Shown piece by piece: positions 9,869 to 18,310 of a stretch of DNA of 36,820 bases. Every line of letters begins with the position of its first letter. The first letter of the stretch is position 1. The DNA is taken from positions 1 through 36,820 of the IMG/VR virus record IMGVR_UViG_3300032084_000368; one strand, written 5' to 3'. The notes beneath the pieces were generated by a model. The model was given only the letters and a program-made list of their open reading frames with translations, made no database searches and was not told the DNA's origin. The stretch is from a virus. Taxonomy: Duplodnaviria > Caudoviricetes. Both the position numbers and the translations under genes were made by a program.

Positions 9869-9996
9869 TGGTAAGAAAATTAAATAAGGTAGCTAAGGCT
9901 TTAGGTAAAGCATCTAAGTTACATAAAAAACAATCTAACATTATTAAAAAACATATTAAAGAAATGAAATCTTATGGCAAAAAAAAGAGATCCTAA
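9868..9996 (+). CDS. 42-aa basic amphipathic protein (not in ORF track)
   Basis: GGAGG RBS and TAATG coupling; MVRKLNKVAKALGKASKLHKKQSNIIKKHIKEMKSYGKKKRS. Confidence 0.75.
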   Translation: MVRKLNKVAKALGKASKLHKKQSNIIKKHIKEMKSYGKKKRS

Positions 9997-10261
9997 AGTA
10001 GGAACTGGTAAAAAGCCAAAAGGTTCAGGTAGGAGATTGTATACAGATGAGAATCCTAAAGATACTGTCGGTATTAAGTTCGCAACTCCTACAGATGCCC
10101 GTAAAACTGTGGCAAAAGTTAAACGAGTCAACAAACCCTTTGCAAGAAAAATCCAAATTCTTACAGTTGGCGAGCAAAGAGCCAAAGTTATGGGTAAGAC
10201 GCAGGTGGCAAGCATATTTAAGAAAGGTAAAGAAGCGATAAGAAAAGGGAGAAAAAAATAA
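9974..10261 (+). CDS. Small basic protein
   Basis: 95 aa, K/R-rich, RRLYTDENPKDT motif. Confidence 0.8.
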   Translation: MAKKRDPKVGTGKKPKGSGRRLYTDENPKDTVGIKFATPTDARKTVAKVKRVNKPFARKIQILTVGEQRAKVMGKTQVASIFKKGKEAIRKGRKK

Positions 10262-10509
10262 TGGCACTCGCAAAGAGTCAAAGAAGTTTAAAAGCATGGG
10301 GGAAACAGAAATGGAGAACGAAATCAGGCAAGAAGTCTTCGGAAACTGGAGAACGGTATTTACCAGAGAAGGCTATAAAGAGTCTGTCATCTGCAGAGTA
10401 TGCGGCAACGACAAGAGCAAAACGAAGAGGAACAAAAAAGGGCAAACAGTTTGTGAAGCAACCGAAAGGGATTGCAAAGAAAACAGCAAAATATAGGAGG
10501 TACAGCTAA
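10261..10509 (+). CDS. Small basic protein, C-terminal half of a DUF5872-like protein
   Basis: SQRSLKAWGKQKW...ERYLPEKA...KGKQFV motifs; TAATG-coupled. Confidence 0.85.
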   Translation: MALAKSQRSLKAWGKQKWRTKSGKKSSETGERYLPEKAIKSLSSAEYAATTRAKRRGTKKGKQFVKQPKGIAKKTAKYRRYS

Positions 10510-10655
10510 TGCCAGGACACTACGGTAAAATGATGAAAAAGAAAGGTGGCAAAAAAGCCACTGGAAAAAGAAAAAAACTAGACATGGACAAAGATGGTAA
10601 ACTAACTAAAAAAGACTTTGCTATGTTAAGAAATAAAAAGAAAAAGAAAGCATAA
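10509..10655 (+). CDS. 48-aa basic protein with one EF-hand-like loop (not in ORF track)
   Basis: AGGAGG RBS and TAATG coupling; MPGHYGKMMKKKGGKKATGKRKKLDMDKDGKLTKKDFAMLRNKKKKKA. Confidence 0.8.
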   Translation: MPGHYGKMMKKKGGKKATGKRKKLDMDKDGKLTKKDFAMLRNKKKKKA

Positions 10656-10786
10656 TGAGAAAAGGACTATACGCTAACATCCATGCTAAAAGAAAGCGTG
10701 GTGGTAAAATGAAAAAGAAAGGTGCTAAAGGTGCACCTACAGCTGCTAATTTTAGGAGAGCTGCAATAACAGCTAAGAAAAAATAA
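10655..10786 (+). CDS. 43-aa basic protein (not in ORF track)
   Basis: TAATG at both ends; MRKGLYANIHAKRKRGGKMKKKGAKGAPTAANFRRAAITAKKK. Confidence 0.8.
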   Translation: MRKGLYANIHAKRKRGGKMKKKGAKGAPTAANFRRAAITAKKK

Positions 10787-11019
10787 TGGTAGCTAAAAAA
10801 TATCAAAACCCCTCAGGTGGATTAAATGAAGCAGGTCGTAAATATTTTAAAAGAACGACTGGTGCTAATTTAAAAGCACCTAGTAAAAAAGTAGGAAACA
10901 AAAGAAGAGCTAGTTTCTGTGCCCGTATGAAGGGAATGAAAAAAAAATTAACATCTAAAAAAACAGCTAATGATCCAAATTCTAGAATTAATAAAGCTCT
11001 TCGGGCTTGGAATTGCTAG
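10786..11019 (+). CDS. Small basic protein (DUF6321-like)
   Basis: GGLNEAGRK, RRASFCARM and SRINKALRAWNC motifs; TAATG-coupled. Confidence 0.8.
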   Translation: MVAKKYQNPSGGLNEAGRKYFKRTTGANLKAPSKKVGNKRRASFCARMKGMKKKLTSKKTANDPNSRINKALRAWNC

Positions 11020-11548
11020 TGCAATTTTATTTATAACTATAGCTATGTCAGATATAACAAAAACAAAAGACTTTTTAAAGGTAGTTGATGAGGTAAAATC
11101 AGAATATCCTGAAGGTTCTATTGAGAGAAAAATACCATCATCGTTTATAGCTACAGTTGCAGCTGTAGAGACAGGTAACTTTAATTTTAAAGGTGCAGAT
11201 ACTGCAAAGAATGCTAATAATTTTTTTGGAATACACGCAACTGGTGATCAAGATTTTTTACCAACATCAGGTGGTGCTAAACTTAGATCATTTGAAGATA
11301 ATAAAGGTAGCATTAGAGCTTTTATAAATTTAGTTAAAGGTGATGAAAGATATAAAGATGCTATAAATGCAATAGATAAAGGACCTAATGAAATGTTTAA
11401 AGGAATGTCTGTATATGCAGAGAATCCTAATTATGTAAACATATTAAGTAGTGTATACAAAGATAGAATAGAGCCAATATTTCAAACAGAAAATTTTTTA
11501 CTACCAAAAAGAAAACCAATAACAGAACAAATGGATAGCTTGCAATAA
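10970..11548 (+). CDS. Peptidoglycan hydrolase, GH73 glucosaminidase/FlgJ-Bax-like
   Basis: AAVETG catalytic Glu, ANNFFGI and YAENPNY motifs. N-terminal hydrophobic anchor if 10970 is the start; alternative start at 11045. Confidence 0.8.
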   Translation: MIQILELIKLFGLGIASAILFITIAMSDITKTKDFLKVVDEVKSEYPEGSIERKIPSSFIATVAAVETGNFNFKGADTAKNANNFFGIHATGDQDFLPTSGGAKLRSFEDNKGSIRAFINLVKGDERYKDAINAIDKGPNEMFKGMSVYAENPNYVNILSSVYKDRIEPIFQTENFLLPKRKPITEQMDSLQ

Positions 11549-11592
11549 AAAAGGGAAGCCTAAATTAATAGACTCCCCTAGCAGGCAACACG

Positions 11593-11631
11593 AAGACCGC
11601 TTGACTTTTTAGTCAGGTGGTCTTTTTTTTT
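11593..11631 (+). terminator. Intrinsic terminator at the convergence of the two arms
   Basis: Stem AAGACCGCTTGACT / AGTCAGGTGGTCTT with a TTTT loop, followed by a T run. A second weaker hairpin at about 11546-11580 has an A run and could serve the - strand. Confidence 0.85.
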
Positions 11632-11776
11632 GGACAGAACGATAAAGGTCTCTATCACCCCATCGTTTCTGCCAAAACCAGTTACTTAATGAACTAGCCC
11701 AACCCTCAAGTTTATTCATAATAGGATTGTGCCAAAAGTAATATCTAAACTTTTTGTATAAGTTGTTTGATGTCAT
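11609..11776 (-). CDS. 55-aa Trp-rich basic hypothetical protein (not in ORF track)
   Basis: MTSNNLYKKFRYYFWHNPIMNKLEGWASSLSNWFWQKRWGDRDLYRSVQKKRPPD; AAGGA upstream; the stop lies within the terminator hairpin. Confidence 0.5.
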   Translation of the reverse strand: MTSNNLYKKFRYYFWHNPIMNKLEGWASSLSNWFWQKRWGDRDLYRSVQKKRPPD

Positions 11777-11981
11777 CTTGTAATTTCCTTCCTACAGCAT
11801 TTGCATGATTGATTACAGCAGCACATAAGTTACCATGATAGGGATAGCCTTTAAGTGCTTCTCTAATTTTAGCAACAGGTTTACCACCATAATCAATAAC
11901 AATTGCATTATCTTTATTAAGACCTATTTTTAATTCAAATAGTATACCAGTATATTTATCTAAATTATTTTTTTCGGTCAT
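11745..11981 (-). CDS. Hypothetical protein
   Basis: 78 aa, GGAGG RBS, in the operon. Confidence 0.7.
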   Translation of the reverse strand: MTEKNNLDKYTGILFELKIGLNKDNAIVIDYGGKPVAKIREALKGYPYHGNLCAAVINHANAVGRKLQDDIKQLIQKV

Positions 11982-12153
11982 CTGTATTGCCTCCGCTATA
12001 TGGTGTTAATACAGACAAAGCATTCATAAGTTTAACAACTTCACCGTAAGGTCTAGTCATCAAGTATCTCATAATATCCATAAGTTGTTCAGAACTTATT
12101 AAGTAAGTTCTAGGGGTAGTTTGTTGTTTTTTTTGCTCTTCTTTCTTTTCCAT
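11965..12153 (-). CDS. Hypothetical protein
   Basis: 62 aa, AGGAGG RBS, YLMTRPYGEV motif. Confidence 0.75.
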   Translation of the reverse strand: MEKKEEQKKQQTTPRTYLISSEQLMDIMRYLMTRPYGEVVKLMNALSVLTPYSGGNTDDRKK

Positions 12154-12164
12154 CTATCCTCCTG

Positions 12165-12386
12165 TTAAAATGGTACAGAATCATATTCAAAATGTTTTTC
12201 TAGCATTTTAATATTTTCTTCTGCGTTTGCTATTTTAGTTATTAATTTATCTAGTTCTTCTATATGTTGTGGATGCTCACCTATACCTGCAGAATTTTCT
12301 AAGTATATTAAAGCAGTTGCTCTAGCACTAGCAATATCAGCTTCATACTTTCTAGCTAATGCTTTTATCAATTGTGTTCTAATCAT
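12165..12386 (-). CDS. Conserved marine-phage small helical protein
   Basis: YLENSAGIGEHP motif; ATGA coupling. Confidence 0.75.
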   Translation of the reverse strand: MIRTQLIKALARKYEADIASARATALIYLENSAGIGEHPQHIEELDKLITKIANAEENIKMLEKHFEYDSVPF

Positions 12387-12574
12387 TCAGACCCCCTAAA
12401 TGCATAATACTTATCTTCAATTAAATCTTCATCTAATAAGTATGGATTATCTCTACCCTTTTTATTAAACTCTAATCTCAAGTCTCTTATAGTTTGATTT
12501 AATGTTCTGCCTGTTCTTAAACAGGCACAGACCATATCATCTACTTCTATTAACGCTTGCTTTATTGCCCCCAT
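12383..12574 (-). CDS. Hypothetical protein
   Basis: 63 aa, AGGAGG RBS. Confidence 0.7.
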   Translation of the reverse strand: MGAIKQALIEVDDMVCACLRTGRTLNQTIRDLRLEFNKKGRDNPYLLDEDLIEDKYYAFRGSE

Positions 12575-12689
12575 CGTTTGCCTCCTGTAGTTTTTTATTT
12601 AATTTATTTATCTCATTTTGTGTATGTATCATAACTTCTTGTAATGCTATAATCTTACCATACAAAGACATCTTCTCACCATGTGTCAT
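12537..12689 (-). CDS. 50-aa coiled-coil hypothetical protein (not in ORF track)
   Basis: AGGAGG RBS and ATGA overlap; MTHGEKMSLYGKIIALQEVMIHTQNEINKLNKKLQEANDGGNKASVNRSR. Confidence 0.65.
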   Translation of the reverse strand: MTHGEKMSLYGKIIALQEVMIHTQNEINKLNKKLQEANDGGNKASVNRSR

Positions 12690-12904
12690 TCAACCTCCTT
12701 TATTAATCTATTTAAATACCATTGTGCTTTTTCTAAGTCTTGTAAAGGTTCACCCTTAAATTTATATCTAGCAACATATTTCAAAACGTTACCCTTCAAG
12801 TACCCGTGGTATTCATCATCTGTCATACAATCTCGTATAACATCTATAGTTTCTTTTTTACCATACTTGTAATGTGCAGGTGAATTAACTTTATCGTCTA
12901 CCAT
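12686..12904 (-). CDS. DUF3310 / T7 gp1.7-like nucleotide kinase
   Basis: VNSPAHY, ETIDVI, GYLKGNVLKYVARY and DLEKAQWYL motifs. Confidence 0.9.
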   Translation of the reverse strand: MVDDKVNSPAHYKYGKKETIDVIRDCMTDDEYHGYLKGNVLKYVARYKFKGEPLQDLEKAQWYLNRLIKEVE

Positions 12905-13634
12905 ATTCTCTCCTTATTGCATTATAATCAATTGTTTCAATATTGTAAGAACCATTAGTAACTTCTCTCTTAACTACAATACCACTCCACCACATATGCT
13001 GAGTATCTCTAGCAAAATGTTCTTTATGATTTAAATAACATCCAGCAGACAACGCATGTAACTTTCTACCATTAGGTAATGTGGATGTAGCATAATCTAA
13101 CAAATGACTATGGCCTACTGTAGCAGATACTTTGTGTTTTGTCAAGAGAGTTCTAGCTATATTCTCTCCTGATATTGCACTACCTAATATACCTGATGGA
13201 AAATGATGAGCATAGTATACGCCATTTAAAACTTTGTTTTGTTTATAAGGTATCTCTTGCCAACCATACTCTTTAAATTTAAGATCACTAATTTTAAGAG
13301 TGCCATCTAATTCAGGATTTTCTTCTACGAATCTATCTATTCTATCTTCGTGATTACCATGTAGCATAATCTTTCTACCTTTAAATTTACCTAAACCTTT
13401 ATTAAATAAAGATAATGCTTCATGTGAATGCTCCATATCTTTTTGATATCTTCTACCTTCAAATGATTTTTTCTTTTTATCATACGAAGATAAAGAATCC
13501 ATACTACAGAAATCACCCATACAGATAATATGTGTAGCTCTTACATCTGCGGCTAGCCTACCTGCCCACAGAAATCTTTCATTGCTTGCTTTAGGTGTGC
13601 AATGAGGGTCACCTATTACAACATGTGTTGCCAT
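12891..13634 (-). CDS. Calcineurin-like metallophosphoesterase
   Basis: GDPH, MGDFCS, GNHEDR, HH and GHSH motifs. Confidence 0.9.
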   Translation of the reverse strand: MATHVVIGDPHCTPKASNERFLWAGRLAADVRATHIICMGDFCSMDSLSSYDKKKKSFEGRRYQKDMEHSHEALSLFNKGLGKFKGRKIMLHGNHEDRIDRFVEENPELDGTLKISDLKFKEYGWQEIPYKQNKVLNGVYYAHHFPSGILGSAISGENIARTLLTKHKVSATVGHSHLLDYATSTLPNGRKLHALSAGCYLNHKEHFARDTQHMWWSGIVVKREVTNGSYNIETIDYNAIRREYGRR

Positions 13635-13972
13635 TAATTTAACTCCTTATCACGTTTCTGTTTTAAAAATTCAAGAAAGTCAATAACATTATCTTCATCA
13701 TCAAACTCTGCTATAGAGTTAATAGTTAGATCATCTTTATTTTGTTTCTTGTCATCAGCAAATCCACGAAGACCCCATAGAAACGTAGAATGGGGATCAG
13801 TAGTTGCCATCTTTATCATGCCTCTTGCTATTGTAGAACATAATTCATATTCTTCTGTGGTAAGTTTAGTACTAGAGTCCATAACAATTCCACAGGTAAA
13901 ACCTTTTTCCCAAGGTGTTACTAAAACTTTTATAGCATTTTTAAATGCTGACTTATCAAATTTTTTTGTCAT
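13634..13972 (-). CDS. Hypothetical protein
   Basis: 112 aa, acidic C-terminus with NVIDF; coupled to both neighbours. Confidence 0.7.
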   Translation of the reverse strand: MTKKFDKSAFKNAIKVLVTPWEKGFTCGIVMDSSTKLTTEEYELCSTIARGMIKMATTDPHSTFLWGLRGFADDKKQNKDDLTINSIAEFDDEDNVIDFLEFLKQKRDKELN

Positions 13973-14133
13973 AACTTTTTAAAATATTTGTAATCAAACG
14001 GAACAACTTTCCACTCAATAGACTTTTTAAATTTATTTCTTTTTGCATAATCAGTTGCTTCTTTTTCTGAGTCCCATATCTCATTGGTGAATATTTTCCA
14101 TTTATCATTATCTTTTATTATTAAACAATACAT
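13969..14133 (-). CDS. 54-aa hypothetical protein (not in ORF track)
   Basis: MYCLIIKDNDKWKIFTNEIWDSEKEATDYAKRNKFKKSIEWKVVPFDYKYFKKL; ATGA overlap with the next gene. Confidence 0.65.
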   Translation of the reverse strand: MYCLIIKDNDKWKIFTNEIWDSEKEATDYAKRNKFKKSIEWKVVPFDYKYFKKL

Positions 14134-14140
14134 AGTCGGT

Positions 14141-14178
14141 AAAGGTGGATACTAGACCCCTCAAAACTAATACCCACC
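14141..14178 (-). terminator. Stem-loop after the nuclease gene (weak terminator or processing site)
   Basis: - strand GGTGGGTATTAG...CTAGTATCCACC, a 12-bp stem followed by only TTT. Confidence 0.5.
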
Positions 14179-14181
14179 CAG

Positions 14182-15072
14182 TTACGCAGACTCTTCCTCC
14201 TGTTTAGGATTATTAACCTCCGTATACCAAACCCATTTAGGGTTCTTACCTTTAGATTGCTGTTGTGGTAACAACTGCAATTTACTTCCCCAACAAGGAA
14301 GTTTGTATGGGCAAAATGAACAAGCTAAGCCCAAAACTTTATTACCTGTAGGTTTACCTCTGAATGTTTCTTCAATAGCATCATACTGTCTTTTAAAAGG
14401 CACACCGTCTTTAATTGCTTTTACATTATCTTTAGCTTTTTTTATTGCATTACTCTTATGTGGCTCTACGAGTTTGGGAGTTTCACACACTGTCCACTCA
14501 CCTGTAGATTTATTAATTACTATCCAACCACCGAAGTCTTTGCTTTGACTTTCCGCATATAAAAATCCTTGTGACGCATAACCAAAGGTATCATCCTTAA
14601 CAACCTCATTAAATCCACCGTCTTCTCCAAACTTCTTTTCAAAGGAATATGGCGATGCACTTTTAATATCCCATATCTTGTTCTCAATTTCAACATCTTG
14701 CTTGCCTTCAATTTTATTTCCTTCAAATTCATACGTAACTTTTTTCTGTTCATTCTTTACATTTACTCCTGCTGATTTCATAATAAATAAAGCTAGTGCC
14801 TCAATGAGGTCACCAAATGTATTTCTTATTTTTACATTATAAGGTTGTCCTTCACCCTTTACACCTTTAGCTTCCATCTGTAATTGGCAAAGAGGTCTAC
14901 CTGCATTAGACATTCTAATTTCAAACTTAGAAGATCTATCTTCAGTAAACTGTTTTAGTAAGGCGTTTTTACACGCCTCACCAAACTCCTCTACAAGTTT
15001 TTTGTCTGCTTGCACAGGACTCTTAGACACCTTGTCTAGATACTTTTGTACTTTAATAAGTATATCACTCAT
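14182..15072 (-). CDS. Cas4-like PD-(D/E)XK exonuclease
   Basis: GKQD...WDIKS nuclease motif; a 1+3 Cys pattern (PLCQ...CSFCPYKLPC) typical of an Fe-S staple. Confidence 0.85.
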   Translation of the reverse strand: MSDILIKVQKYLDKVSKSPVQADKKLVEEFGEACKNALLKQFTEDRSSKFEIRMSNAGRPLCQLQMEAKGVKGEGQPYNVKIRNTFGDLIEALALFIMKSAGVNVKNEQKKVTYEFEGNKIEGKQDVEIENKIWDIKSASPYSFEKKFGEDGGFNEVVKDDTFGYASQGFLYAESQSKDFGGWIVINKSTGEWTVCETPKLVEPHKSNAIKKAKDNVKAIKDGVPFKRQYDAIEETFRGKPTGNKVLGLACSFCPYKLPCWGSKLQLLPQQQSKGKNPKWVWYTEVNNPKQEEESA

Positions 15073-15932
15073 TAACTAGCCAGTACCTGCTCAGGTACTT
15101 TGTCATCAAGTTCTTCAACAACTTTAGCATCTACAGAATCTGATCCAGTAGGACTATTAGATTTAGATTTATTATATAAACCAATAACCTCTTCATTTTC
15201 TGTATCTATAGACTCTTGGAATACTTTTAAAGTTTCCATATCAGCATCTGACAACTGTAAATTAGCATCAGCATTTACAATTATTTCAGGTACATAGAAT
15301 ACATTGCCACCTTTTTTCTGACGTTTAGTTTCAAGTGATAGAGTAGAATTAAACATAAGTTTTTTTCTTTTCTTCAATTGATCTAACGCAGCACTTACTG
15401 GTGAGAATGCTGTACCTGTTACTCTATATAGAACAGGTAAGTTTTCTACTGAATGATCTTTACCCTGTGCAGTTTTACCATCTTTAAAAGATAATAAACC
15501 ATAGATAAGTTTATAACATCTAATAGTTCTTTGCTGTTCTAATTGTTCAGGTGTAAGATTTGCTCTTTCTTTGTAAGCTATCTTGCCACATTTAGTTCCA
15601 CCTAAAATATCTATAGCCTCTTCTTTCCAGCTTTTAAATATAATAGATCTATTTACATACTCTCCTTTGTCAGCATCGTAGTGCATGTATTGCATTGCAC
15701 TTATGAATGGTCTTAATGTTATGGGTTTACCATAAATATTTTGACCTATATTTGAATCATAAGTGTAGTAATGACCAACTGGTAATTGATTACCATCGTC
15801 ATCTTCAGGTGTTCGATTGATAGCTAATCTAGGTATGTTAACACCCATGTTAGATCCATCATCTTGACCAATTGCCTGCATGATTTGTTCATCAGACATT
15901 CCTTTTATGTTTGTTAGTTGATTATCAGACAT
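15072..15932 (-). CDS. Putative single-stranded DNA-binding/annealing protein
   Basis: Lies between the polymerase and nuclease, beta-rich with an acidic C-tail, own promoter and GGAGG RBS. Function inferred from position. Confidence 0.55.
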   Translation of the reverse strand: MSDNQLTNIKGMSDEQIMQAIGQDDGSNMGVNIPRLAINRTPEDDDGNQLPVGHYYTYDSNIGQNIYGKPITLRPFISAMQYMHYDADKGEYVNRSIIFKSWKEEAIDILGGTKCGKIAYKERANLTPEQLEQQRTIRCYKLIYGLLSFKDGKTAQGKDHSVENLPVLYRVTGTAFSPVSAALDQLKKRKKLMFNSTLSLETKRQKKGGNVFYVPEIIVNADANLQLSDADMETLKVFQESIDTENEEVIGLYNKSKSNSPTGSDSVDAKVVEELDDKVPEQVLAS

Positions 15933-15955
15933 TTGTCCTCCATTTTATTAATTTG

Positions 15956-15984
15956 TATATACCACACTTTTATAAAAAAGTCAA
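15956..15984 (-). promoter_or_regulatory. sigma70-type promoter
   Basis: TTGACT-17 nt-TATATA with an extended -10 TG. Confidence 0.7.
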
Positions 15985-15987
15985 GCA

Positions 15988-16065
15988 TTATTTTCCTTCA
16001 AAACAGGCTAATAGCATAATAATATAAACAAATAGCCAAAAATAATTTACTAAAGCATCTAGCAT
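15988..16065 (-). CDS. 25-aa single-TM peptide MLDALVNYFWLFVYIIMLLACFEGK (not in ORF track)
   Basis: AAGGAG RBS; fills the intergenic gap. Confidence 0.55.
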   Translation of the reverse strand: MLDALVNYFWLFVYIIMLLACFEGK

Positions 16066-16277
16066 ATTCTTGTATCTCCTTTTATTACTTTTACTTCTAA
16101 ACCATCTGAGTGTGCAAAGTATTTAAATGTACTAAGAAACTCGTGGTTCTCATCTATATACATAGTAGAGGGTTCTACCATACATCTATCTTTTAACTCT
16201 GTATATTCTAGATAAGCACCATAATCTGAATCATCGTACTCATCTAGAGTCTCAAGAGCTTCTATTGTTTTTCTCAT
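16059..16277 (-). CDS. Acidic hypothetical protein
   Basis: 72 aa, AGGAGG RBS, ATGA overlap with the polymerase. Confidence 0.7.
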   Translation of the reverse strand: MRKTIEALETLDEYDDSDYGAYLEYTELKDRCMVEPSTMYIDENHEFLSTFKYFAHSDGLEVKVIKGDTRIC

Positions 16278-18310
16278 ATTGCCTCCTTCATATCAAGCCA
16301 ATTGTAACCGATCTTAAGTTCTGTGTCAAGGGGAACATTAAAATCAATATTGTAATACGATTTAAGTGCAGGTATTACGTCTGCAGTTCCTTGTTTAAAA
16401 ATATCAGCCATTACTCTTTCTTCACCTGGATATACATCTGCGATAATAGAATCGTGTACTGTATTTATTAACAAACTTTTTACTTTTTTTTCTTTCATAA
16501 GATTATAAATATTTATACAAGCTAATGGCACAATATCTGCTGTAGCAAATCCTTGTACAGGATAATTTTTTATTTGTGTACCATATGTAGATCCACCCCA
16601 AGGGGTACGTTCAGCGTATGGAAAAGAATATTCTCTACCAGTTGGTAGTTTAACTCTTTTGAATCTAATAGCTTCGCTTTGTAATTTTTCATGCCAAGTT
16701 TTTATATCTTTATACTTCTCTAAAAATTTAGTATAATATCTTTTCTCATCTTCTGTCCCTGTTGTACCCCCATATAAAGGTTTAAATGTATGTGCTTTTG
16801 CATCTTGTCTTGATACTCCAATAATATCTGCAGTGTATTGGTGCACATCTATTTTATTTTTTATATCTTCCATACCCTGCTTATCTTGTGATAAAAATAC
16901 AGCAGTTCTAAATTCTAATTGTGCAAAGTCTATCTCTATAATTTTACCATCTTTAAATCTAGATGATACTACTTTACGAATAGGAAATGTTTTACCTCTA
17001 GGTTGGTTTTGAAAGTTTGGATCTCTACTAGATAATCTACCAGTAGCTGTAATAGCTTGCATAAATTTAGGATGTAAAAAACCTTTTTCATTTGTAAAGT
17101 TTTTTAATCCTGTAACAAATGTATTTAAATATGTATCAACTGCATTATGTCTTACAATAGCATCTATAAAAGTTTTAAACTCACCCTCTGCCTCACCTGC
17201 TATTTTAGTTAGTGTAAGTTTATCTGTTCTAAATCCAGCCTCTGCAATATCATATACACTTCTAGGTCTTTGTTGGAATCCTGCAACCTTACCTAAATTA
17301 GCATAAGTAAAGCCTTCCCCAAAGCAATGTTCACATTTAGTATAATTTTTATATGGGCTACCATCTTTCTTTATTTTTTTTATTACACCTTTACCTTTGC
17401 AATCTATACATTGTTCAGCCACAGTTTTAAATATTTTTTCAGAGTTGTCTGCAACTAGATTTCTAAATTGCAATCTAGAAAAATTAGGTCGTCTTTTATT
17501 TTTACCTGTATTTTTATCTATACCTACATTAAATATCTTTGCCCAATGTTTTTTATCTTTTGGCTTTCTACTATAGATCAACCAAGATAATTGTTCAGGA
17601 CTAGACAAATTAATTTTAGTATCTCCCATTTGTTTATATACAATCTTATCTATCTTTTGTTTTAAGTATGCAAACTCTGCCCTATATTCTTTTTCTACTT
17701 TAGCTAGCTCTTCTAAATTTATATTAATACCATTGGCTTCCATATCAGATAGTACAATTAAAAATTCATTCATCATCTTTGCTGTCATTAATAGATGTTT
17801 ATTCTTTGGCATTCTAAAGTCTGCCATCTGTGAATTAAATAAATCTCTAGTTATTTGTACATCCATTCTACCATATTCTTCTACAACATTAGCTGGTATA
17901 TTTTGAAAAGGTATACCTCTATCTGTAAATTCTTTTATACGATTATCTTTAGAGCCAATCCGTCTTCTTCTACAAGACATTTCTAATGTTAAACTTTTTC
18001 TTATACCTCTATTTAATATATACTCCCCCAACATAGTATCATATACTTTACCTGTATATTTAAATCCAGCTTCAATCAACCACATTAAATCAAACTTTAT
18101 ATTATGTCCTACTAATAATGTAGTCTTATCTAGTGTAGATTGTATGTTGTGATAGCAACCATCATCTATTCTTTCAGAGTGATTAGTAAAATAATACTTA
18201 TCATTTATACCCACACTAACTAATATATTATCAGGATGATAGGGTGATGGGTCATAGCCACCTGTATCTGTAACTTGCCAAGATGTTTCTACATCAACTA
18301 CTGTAATCAT
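16274..18310 (-). CDS. polA: Family A DNA polymerase with 3'-5' exonuclease and DnaJ-type zinc-finger insertion
   Basis: Exo DVET and GHNIKFD; TGRLSS; motif A DFAQLEFR; motif B RQDAKAHTFKPLYG; motif C VHDS; insertion CIDCKGKG...CEHCFGEG. Confidence 0.97.
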   Translation of the reverse strand: MITVVDVETSWQVTDTGGYDPSPYHPDNILVSVGINDKYYFTNHSERIDDGCYHNIQSTLDKTTLLVGHNIKFDLMWLIEAGFKYTGKVYDTMLGEYILNRGIRKSLTLEMSCRRRRIGSKDNRIKEFTDRGIPFQNIPANVVEEYGRMDVQITRDLFNSQMADFRMPKNKHLLMTAKMMNEFLIVLSDMEANGININLEELAKVEKEYRAEFAYLKQKIDKIVYKQMGDTKINLSSPEQLSWLIYSRKPKDKKHWAKIFNVGIDKNTGKNKRRPNFSRLQFRNLVADNSEKIFKTVAEQCIDCKGKGVIKKIKKDGSPYKNYTKCEHCFGEGFTYANLGKVAGFQQRPRSVYDIAEAGFRTDKLTLTKIAGEAEGEFKTFIDAIVRHNAVDTYLNTFVTGLKNFTNEKGFLHPKFMQAITATGRLSSRDPNFQNQPRGKTFPIRKVVSSRFKDGKIIEIDFAQLEFRTAVFLSQDKQGMEDIKNKIDVHQYTADIIGVSRQDAKAHTFKPLYGGTTGTEDEKRYYTKFLEKYKDIKTWHEKLQSEAIRFKRVKLPTGREYSFPYAERTPWGGSTYGTQIKNYPVQGFATADIVPLACINIYNLMKEKKVKSLLINTVHDSIIADVYPGEERVMADIFKQGTADVIPALKSYYNIDFNVPLDTELKIGYNWLDMKEAI

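Noticed and set aside
14182-15072. CRISPR-Cas system suggested by the Cas4-like nuclease
   Set aside because: No repeat-spacer array or other cas genes; solo Cas4-like nucleases are common in phage replication modules.
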